NCBI RefSeq assembly: GCF_006345805.1
Contig: NC_043006.1
Coordinates: 12,524,001-12,588,000, forward strand
From: Octopus sinensis
Lineage: Eukaryota
DNA: 64,000 nt
Direction of reading: 5' to 3'
Positions 54,950 to 64,000 of this stretch are shown one piece after another. Below the pieces are notes generated by a model, which saw nothing but the letters and a program-made list of their open reading frames with translations, had not been told where the DNA came from and searched no databases. The number at the start of each line of letters is the position of its first letter. Position 1 is the first letter of the stretch. Made by a program: the position numbers and the translations under genes.

Positions 54950-55285
54950 CAGTAATTTGCCATCAAGATGTAGGACAAGATACTGCGATAGCCCGGGCTC
55001 CAGAGGTCCACAGCTCTTCAACATGCTCCCGAAGGACCTGAGAGACCTGCAAGGGGTGGATGCAGATGTCTTTAAAATAAAGCTAGACCTCTTCCTGTCA
55101 GGTGTCCCAGATGAACCAACTTCACTGCAGGAGGTGCAGATGAAGGCAGTTGCATCAAACTCTCTCATGCACCAAATGTCAATTGCTAAAAAGCATTCGT
55201 GAAGTAAAATCATGTAGCAATACCGAATGGCGGTGCCCCAGCATGGCCACAGCTTGTGAGCTGAAACTAAATGAAAATGAAAAAA
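54950..55285 (+). mobile_element. CR1/L2-group LINE 3' fragment
   Basis: ORF ...RGPQLFNMLPKDLRDLQGVDADVFKIKLDLFLSGVPDEP...ASNSL is typical of a CR1-group ORF2 C-terminus. It is followed by a short 3' UTR and an (AAATG)-type tail. Confidence 0.85.
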
Positions 55286-56164
55286 AAATAATCGATAGAA
55301 TTAGGATAAAGGAAACAGTCGTCAAGAGAAATGTGTGACTGCCAGAGCAAGAAGATTAAGTCTTCTGCTGACGACAAATCTCTTCATATATCAAAACAGA
55401 TAAATGCAACAGCTTCGATTTGAGCATTTAAATATATACAGCGACTTTCATATTCCATTGTAGCTTTTTCTGAATATTGATTCCTTTTCGAGTAGACAGG
55501 AGGCAGATATTTCCCTGATCGTTCGAATAAAATTCAATTTATAACAGCTGCATATATTATGGGTCCCCGACGGAAAAGATGCACCGATGACCGAGGTGGG
55601 ATTTTGAGATCAGAAAGTCATACAAAAAGGCTTTCTGATACCAATGTTAGAGTGGACGGTGTTTACTTTGCATTTTTGATTTCAATTCCCGCCCAGGTCA
55701 GCTTCACTTTAGATTATTTCCGGGATGATAAATATACATATCTAGGGCTATAGGCAAGTGGAATCGTTAGAGCCTCGGGTAGAATTCCTAGCTGGTTTTA
55801 TTCTGGTTCTTTGCGTTCTGAGTTCAAATTACGCCGTGGCTTACTTCGATGGTCAAGTTCACGCAAATACTTATCCCGTGTGTGCTTTTAGTGGACTCCA
55901 TATTGTTGTAAGCATTCGAGCCAGATCTCCAGTATGATGTTGCGAAACTCATAAGTCTTAAACTGGGCCATGGACACTGCTTTCCCACAACAATGAGTCA
56001 TAAAGAAACAACAATAATGGTAGTAAATAACTGTTTTACAATTTAGCAGAAGTCAAGCAACTTTGCAGGAGAGGGTTGGCCTATTTGATCAACCTGGTAT
56101 TTGACTGCTACTACCTATTTTGTCCAATGCCAGAACGATTCTAACAACTCGCTACCTAAACAAT

Positions 56165-56650
56165 AATAATAATTTCTAGTTTTGGCACAATGCCAGTAAT
56201 TATAAGAGAAGGTGTAAGTTGATTCAATCTACTCCAATTGTGAAACGGTACTCTATTTAAAGGCGGCGAGCTGGTAAAGGCAGTGAGCTGGCAGAAACGT
56301 TAGCACGCCGGGCGAAATGCTTAGCGGTATTTCGTCTGCGTTACGCTGTGAGTTCGAATTCCGCCGAGGTCGACTTTGCCTTTCATCCTTTCGGGGTCGA
56401 TAAATCAAGTACCAGTTACGCACTGGGGTCGATGTAATCGACTTAATACCTATGTCTGTCCTTGTTTGTTCCCTCTGTGTTTAGCCCCTTGTGGGTAATA
56501 AAGAAATAGGTACTCTATTTATGGATCCCGAAAGGATGAAAAGCAATGTTGACTTCATGAGGATTTGATCTTAGAACATAAAAACCGTAAGAAAAGCCGC
56601 TAATTATGGATTTTGCCCGACGCGATGATATTCAGGCAGTTCAACGCCTT
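56165..56650 (-). mobile_element. Old family A-related SINE hosting a younger copy
   Basis: The sequence continues across the insertion: ...ggtactctattta|tggatcccgaaaggatgaaaagcaatgttgac...gcccgacgcg. Confidence 0.7.
56260..56508 (+). mobile_element. SINE family A with a 13-bp TSD and a duplicated head
   Basis: TSD ggtactctattta at 56247-56259 and 56509-56521. The head reads aaggcggcgagctggt-aaaggcagtgagctggc. Confidence 0.93.
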
Positions 56651-58382
56651 ATGGCAAAGTCGACATCGGCGGAATTTGTACACAGAGATTAAAGACAAAA
56701 TAATGATAATATTGAATAATGAAAGATATTTATTGTATCTCACTAAGAGCTTCGTGTTGCCATTAATATCAATTTCTCATATTAACTTACTGCCCTAATT
56801 TATCGTAATTGTAGAGAATTATTTAATGCATCGTCCTCAACATATGATTATTTCTTAAGCGAGTCAAAGCGATCACTTGGCACGCAAGAAATAGCGGCTA
56901 TGTATTGTTTAAATCGCACTACGTCATATTCAAAAGGGAATAGGATTATGATCATAAATTCCTTAGACGTAGGAAAAGATGGACTGACCCGGATGGAAAT
57001 CACCCAAAATTCAGATCTATTCTATGAGGTTTGACATAGAGCTAAACAAGAACAGCAAGAGCAACAAAAACGACTTGATACATCAATCTCAGTGAAATTT
57101 GAACTCTGAATGATAACGAACGGGAATAAATACCATGATGGACTGCTTTTCAGTGTGTGTCAATGTTATCCTAAGGCAGGAAAGAATGTGACATGACTGA
57201 GTAGCTGGATCAGTGAAGCAACGCCTCAGTCTTTCGGTTGAGTACACACGTAAAATAGGACAGCTCGGCCTGTGGTTTTATAGCTACAGCAACAGGAACA
57301 ACTACTACAACAGCAGTAATAACAGCAGCTGTGAAAATGTTAAAAGAATAAAAACTCGCGCTTCATGTTTTGCTGGCCATCACCAGAATTTAAAGAGGTG
57401 GATTTGATTACATGTACGATCTAAAGCCCTATATTTATTACACTGTTATCAATAAGGCTAGCGTGGAAGATGAGCACCCTAATTCACTCTCTGGTTTTTT
57501 TCTTATTTCATGCCTAAGGTTCAGAACTACATGGCTTCATTTGAAAGTGTGTAGAGGTACGGCTTTGGAATCGTACCTATAAGCATTCTCAAGTAATGAG
57601 TTAATTCGTCGTCTTTTTATAAGTATGCAAGAGAATATTACACTATTGCAAAAATTAAGCAAAGTCCCCGGTACTAGACCGCTTTCCTTTCCATCTCCAC
57701 CAATCTCGGAGCCACTAAAATACCAAATGAGTGCTTGCATTGAGCTGTCTGCCAAAGTGATAAAAATATTCTAGCGTTATTCAGATATGGCGGAATTCAT
57801 AAAGCAAAGAAAATATAAACTAAACTGGGTCTGTGACACGTTTTCTAAATTTAATGTTAGTTTATAGTTTATGGGTGTCACTAATATGTAGAACACGAAC
57901 ATGGAGGGCACACATTCTTAAAGCATCTCCCTCCATCCATATACATCACTCAATAAATCATGGTTTAATGCCTCAAAAATAAATCAATGTAACTTTGAAA
58001 TACATATTGCGTTCTCATATATGCCGTTAAAATACTTAATTAGGTAATATATACATCTAGGAATATATGCACTTATTTATGTAATTAAGATTTCACATAA
58101 TCATGGCTTATTATTCTTTCTAACTCTTTTTTTAAAAATTCTGGTATGAAATGTAACATCTGTCAATATGAGATATCATTAAATGTTGAATAATACTTTT
58201 TTATAAAATTTATAATTAAATAACAATATATACAACGATATACACCTGTTTGCGCGCATGTATATATATATATATATATATACATACATATATATACGTA
58301 CAAACATATGCATATACATATATTCATAGATAGTTAGAGAGACAGACACATATAGATAGACAGATGTGAGTATATAGAAGCA

Positions 58383-58435
<53 letters not shown>

Positions 58436-58550
58436 ATATATATACATGCATGTAAATGTATATATACTATTCATATATGTATGTATGTATATATATATAT
58501 ATACATGCATGTAAATGTATATATACTATTCATATATGTATGTATGTATG

Positions 58551-58586
<36 letters not shown>

Positions 58587-60112
58587 CTGCATGTACTTAA
58601 TATGCAATTATAATGCATATATGTATATATATGCTTATGAACACATATGTGTCATTCTTAAACTTAAATTTCTTAAAATTCTTATATAAAGACACATGCT
58701 TGTAAAATGTGTAGCAAAAAGTTTTTACGTGAATGCATCTATGTATATTTCTTTATTTCTTTCATTTTTATATATCTACATTTATATGTACGTATGTGCA
58801 GTAGGCTAGTAGTATGCTTGAATATTTGCATATATATATGCATGTTTATGTTTTCTGATGTTATAGATTTGTTTACCATTTATGTCAAGAAGAACACAAA
58901 ATATGTAAATACATTTATAAATAATATATGCAAAAACATGTACTAAAAAAATACAACTTATTGAGTATGCGTACAAGATTAGCTATTGTATTTCTTTCCT
59001 TCTTTGAAAAATATAACGAGAAGTTATTAACAGAAAAATTATATGTGGTGACAGCTGTCTTTATCTTTAAGAATCAGGTAAGATTTGTTGCGATACAAAA
59101 TACTGCAAAAAGAAATAAGAAACAAACATAAAATGGGAGAAAATCGGTAATGCCACAAAGAAACAGCAGTTATTTTCGTTGGACCTAACGTAAAAATATC
59201 TACGTGTGATATTCGGCTTAAGAGAGTGTGAAAGGGGTGCAGTCGGGCGGTGATGTGTGTGAAGTGGTGTGGAGAGGTCGTGTGTTGTATGCAGTGGTAT
59301 GAAGTAGAAAGCAGAGATTGGAAAAGTAAAATAATTCAGTCTGTATGGAATAAAAATGAGGAATCTTTGGAATGCATAAAGATTTAGCAATATTTGAGCG
59401 CAGATGAGGGAAATACTAAGTCTACGACAGAGGAGATGTACAATATAAAGCAAGAAAATGACAAAGTGAGAGACAGACTGAGAGAGTGAGAAATGTTTGA
59501 GTGAGAGAAAATGGTTGCTAGAGACGTACATACATAGACTATAATAGATAGAAACATAATTATGAGCAACTGTTTAAAAGTATTTGTGTGTGATGGGAAG
59601 AAAAAGACAGAATGAAATAAATGAAAGAGAAGAATTGCGGACGCATCAATTTTCTGGTGCTTTGATGGTTATGTTATTCCCATTTGATAGTTATCACAGC
59701 TGTTGTGGTAAAGGAAGCTGTACGGTCAAGAAGACCATTAGAGAAATATTGGAAACTGATGAGACATTGTAGGCCGAACATATTAAATTACCCAATGGCA
59801 ACCGCGTCATTCTGCTAACAGACATTTAAAGATGGATTTTCTGTGGGATTTTTTTGGCTGATTCTTATAATTTTTCGGTTTATTTTTACTTTTTTTTTGC
59901 TTTCTTTCACGCAGCAGCAAGACAGAAGATGCAATTTGACAGTGAGATTTTTGCATGTCGGAGAAGATTAGGATATTCCACTCAGAAATCATTAAAACAA
60001 GGTTTAGAGTTCAAAATCTACACGAAATATACATATACATGCGCACACATATGCATAATACATATATAATATAGTGTAATGCATTATATTTATAAGTATG
60101 TATGTAGGTATG

Positions 60113-60167
<55 letters not shown>

Positions 60168-60209
60168 TGTGTGTGTGTGTGTGTGTGAGTGAGTGCATAT
60201 ATATATATG

Positions 60210-60246
<37 letters not shown>

Positions 60247-60761
60247 GTAAGTGCATATATATGTGTATGTATATATATATATATATATACATATATATAT
60301 GTATATATATATATATATGTATGTATATATATACATATATATATGTATATATGTATATATATATGTATATGCATATATATATATGCATGCATATATATAT
60401 ATATGTATATACACATATATATATGCATGTATATATATATGTATATACATATATATATATATATATGTATGTATGTATGTGTGTATATATATATATATAT
60501 ATTATATATATATATGTATATGCACGTATATAACCATAAATGTGCATATACATATAAATGTATGTAAGCATCTATGCATCTATACATGTTAAGAGTGTGC
60601 GAAGGTGTGTACGTGTGTTTATATACACACATCTCTCTTCTTTTTACACTTTTTGTAGAGAAAATGAGTGAGAGAGAGACAGGGTTGCACAAAGTGATTC
60701 TCCATATTTGTTAAGTATGGGAATATGTTTATCCGTCTCAATATTTTGCAGAAAATATCAA

Positions 60762-60812
60762 CAGACGTGGAAAGGGTCCAGACGTGGAAAGGGTCCAGAT
60801 GTGGAAAGGGTC
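60762..60812. repeat. 17-bp tandem repeat x 3
   Basis: cagacgtggaaagggtc x3 with one C>T change. Confidence 0.9.
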
Positions 60813-61080
60813 ATTATATATCTATGTCGACGCTGATCTTGCTTATTATTATATTTGTTGTTGCTGTTATTGCTGTTGTTGTTTTACTTTTCCTCCACTT
60901 CCACTTCCTCCTCCTCTCCTCCTCTTTCTCCTTCTTCTTATTATTATTGAGAGAGCAGTGCATGCCATCAATTATTACTATTATTATTACTACTATTAAT
61001 ATTACTATTATTATTACTACTACTATTATTATTACTAATATTATTATTATTATTATATTATTATTATTATTGTTATTATG

Positions 61081-61345
61081 TGAGAGAGCAGTGCATGCCA
61101 TCAAAGTGACACTGGGGTAAGATATACGAAGCCCAGTATACCCATCATGACTACCCGTCTGATAAGGGTAAACTAGGCACATGCATCACAACCATATGTG
61201 CGCGACATGGTGATCTCATATCAAGATAATCAGCATATGAACTTGCAGGTGGGGTTCCACTTAGAATTTTCTTCTGTTTGAGTAACCGATCCCGCTGAAA
61301 AGGTCCTTGAATAAGGGTTGTTTAAGGATGTTAAACGAAACACCT
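61081..61345 (-). mobile_element. Probable non-LTR element 3' UTR inserted in (ATT)n
   Basis: Non-coding block abutting ATT repeats. Its terminal gagagcagtgcatgccatca is duplicated at about 60951-60970. Confidence 0.45.
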
Positions 61346-61356
61346 GTATTATTACT

Positions 61357-61740
61357 AAGGCGGCGAGATGGCAGAATCGTTAGCACGCTGGGCTAAGGAT
61401 TCAGAGTCGATTAAATAAGTACTACTTTACGCACTGGGGTCGATGTAATCGATTTAATTTCTTCCTCCAAATTTTAGGCCTTGCCCTTACAGTAGAAATG
61501 ATTATCATTATTATCACAAAGGCGGCGAGCTGCAGAATCGTTAGCACGCCGCTCGAAATGCTTAGCGGCATTTCATCCGTCCCTACGTTCTAAGTTCAAA
61601 TTCCACTGAGGTGTACTTTGTGTCCCATTTTTCATTTTTGGGGGTCGATAAAATAATATCACTTGAGTACTGGGGTCGATATAATCGAATGTCCCCTCTT
61701 CCCCAGTTTCCAGGCCTCTTGCCTATAGTATAAAGGACAT
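61357..61740 (+). mobile_element. Two older family A SINEs in tandem
   Basis: Heads aaggcggcgag.tggcagaatcgttagcacgc at about 61357 and 61519, each followed by tggggtcgat.taatcga. Confidence 0.8.
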
Positions 61741-61786
61741 GCTATATCTATGATCCAGCATAGTTTGTTTTCTTTCAGCCAGGATC

Positions 61787-61833
<47 letters not shown>

Positions 61834-61841
61834 CATTATTA

Positions 61842-61891
<50 letters not shown>

Positions 61892-62435
61892 TTATGTCTG
61901 TCTTCTGCTTTGTATTTGTGCAAGATTGACTCCAAGTCTCACCCAGAAACTTCAAGAGACAAGTTAGAATCTCATGTTGGTGTTATGCTTAGGGTGTCAT
62001 ATATTTGGTTTTGTACTTAGTATTGTTCTAGAGAATGTTTAAGAAACCATAAGAAAATTATGTTTGTTTTAAAATTTGAGATTATAAAGACGATATTTCA
62101 TGTAGGATATGGACAGTTCCCATGAGCACTATCTTTTTAATTTCTGCCATTTTGGGGTTTCCTGGTATCTGAGGTAGGTAGGAATCAGACCCTTTTGCTA
62201 TCTTTCCTAAGGCATCTATGTTATATAACAACAGTTATATTTTAGTCTTGAGGTTCCACATTTTGTCAATTTCTATTTCAAGATCTTTATACTTATCCAG
62301 TTTTTGGTAGGTCTTGACAGATACATTTATGTCGATTGAGACAGTCATATCAATAAGGAGGCATGACTTTTGTCTCAAGTTTTTCATTATAATATCTGGC
62401 CTATCATAGTCTATCTTCCTGTCTGTTTGAATGGT
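61892..62435 (-). mobile_element. R4/Dong-clade LINE 3' fragment (restriction-like endonuclease) abutting (ATT)n
   Basis: IQTDRKIDYDRPDIIMKNLRQKSCLLIDMTVSID....QKLDKYKDLEIEIDKMW (PD-x-D motif), then ...IPGNPKMAEIKKIVLMGT. The 3' end runs into (TAA)n. Confidence 0.88.
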
Positions 62436-62690
62436 GAGGTTCACAGCATATTTTGCTGGGTATGATGGAAAGTATGAGCTGTTCAGAGCCAGCAGGAGAC
62501 ACTTGTTTACTGGTCATGCTTCAAGAACCCTTCGAAGAATTCTTGCAGTTCCAAGCAATGCTGATTTTTGTGGGTGTTCTACCTTCACTTTGATTGCCGA
62601 TACTTCCAAGTGCACCAATTATTATTAGTATCACGTCTACTCTCTTCATTGGCCACAATCTTCGTATTTCCCCTTTAAATCGTCATTCTT
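62436..62690 (-). mobile_element. Second R4/Dong-like 3' fragment
   Basis: The minus strand gives IGALGSI ... EHPQKSALLGTARILRRVLEA*. Confidence 0.75.
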
Positions 62691-62747
62691 TTTCTTCCTC
62701 TCCTCCTTCTTCTTCTTCTTCTTCTTCCTCTCCTCCTTCTTCTTCTT

Positions 62748-62778
<31 letters not shown>

Positions 62779-63818
62779 TAATTATTATTATGGCCACGAA
62801 CTGGCGGAATCGTTTGCATATCTCATACAATGTTCAGCGCGATTTCTTCAGATTCTTTATGTTCTGAGTACAAAGGTAGTCTTCCCGGTTCATCCTTTTG
62901 GAGAAAATAATGGACTTGTCTCCTCCACACACAAATTGCTTGACTTTGTACTAAAAATATGAAACCTTTATTTGTTATCTCGCTTAAGATTAGTAAATTA
63001 GTACAAACTAACCCTCCCCTACCATGTACACGTTTGTGTATACACAAGAAATCTTATGAGTGATATATAACTGGCTAAAATTTTACATATATACATTAAT
63101 ATCACATCGTCTGTATGACTAAGTATTTGTGTTGTTCTGCCAGTGCTGATATGGCAAACCTAGCAGTAAGGCGCTCCAGCTATGACTACCACTCTTTTCT
63201 ATATCTCGACCTTCATTCCATTCTTTATCACTTTTATCGTGATGGAAATTTGTTTTGTGAGAGATGAGTCTACTATACCTTGCAGTTCACTCCACAGTAG
63301 ACAGGTTCTTTTGTTGGCGACAGCTTACCAATAACATGTATGTAGTGTGCGTAAGCGAAGCATTTATCCCACACTATTGTTAAGAACCTCTTGCCTACAA
63401 CATTATTCAACTGAACTCTAACAAAGAAAATTATGTTGATATTCTACGACAATCAGTTGAATTCATAATCAGGAAGAGATGTAGCATTGCACGTGTTGGA
63501 CGTCATAAATCTCTCAATACATAATCCGGTATCTCGCATAGTCCGGTAAGTTTTGACTGCTCCGCCATTTATTTATGATATTGAACTTCCACATCATATT
63601 GAACTGCCAAAAGTGATTTGTAGTTTTAGCTCTTATAATACCCACCCCCCCAAAAAAAAACAACCCCAGTAAATTCAATGTCTGGAAGCATTTATTAGTT
63701 GTATTATTATTTCATGATTTAAGTTATTCTTGCTTTCAGTTTCTGTTTACCGGCATTTTTCCGTGACCTGACAATGACCGGATGTAAGCAATCCAATCAT
63801 GTTTTCTGCCAGTTAAAT

Positions 63819-64000
63819 GCGGCGAGCTGGCAGAAACGTTAGCACGCCTGGCGAAATGCTTTGCGGTATTTCGTCTGCCGATACGTTCTGAGTTCAAATT
63901 ACGCCGAGGTCGACTTTGTAGTTCATCCTTTCCGAGTTGATTAAATAAGTACCAGTTACGTACTGAGGTTGATGTAATCGACTTAATCCGTGTGTCTGTC
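63819..64000 (+). mobile_element. SINE family A, cut by the window end
   Basis: gcggcgagctggcagaaacgttagcacgcc ... aagtaccagttacg. Confidence 0.9.

Noticed and set aside
57519-57556. Possible 38-nt micro-exon (taag|...|gtacgg)
   Set aside because: Weak splice sites, a length that is not a multiple of three, and no partner exons.

Overview
AT-rich, microsatellite-saturated eukaryotic DNA ((TA)n, (CA)n, (GATA)n, (TATG)n, (ATT)n) with no intact protein-coding gene that I can recognise. Nearly all ORFs in the supplied track are simple-repeat artefacts. The SINE families and the repeat landscape suggest an octopus/coleoid intron or intergenic region; this is an inference. The window is a retro/DNA-transposon graveyard. 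It holds two abundant tRNA-derived SINE families, a frameshifted Penelope-like element (RT + GIY-YIG), CR1-, RTE-, Vingi/Ingi- and R4/Dong-type LINE 3' fragments, mariner and maT remnants, mariner and hAT MITEs, and non-autonomous Helitrons. Three signals stand out. (1) A type I hammerhead ribozyme with an intact catalytic core and a long helix II at 46224-46314 (-), plus several degenerate hammerheads in short Penelope pLTR/retrozyme-like modules lodged in (TA)n tracts. (2) SINE multimers at independent loci that share one exact junction. (3) A CR1-type LINE whose 3' tail matches the tail of SINE family B, making it a candidate mobilising partner.
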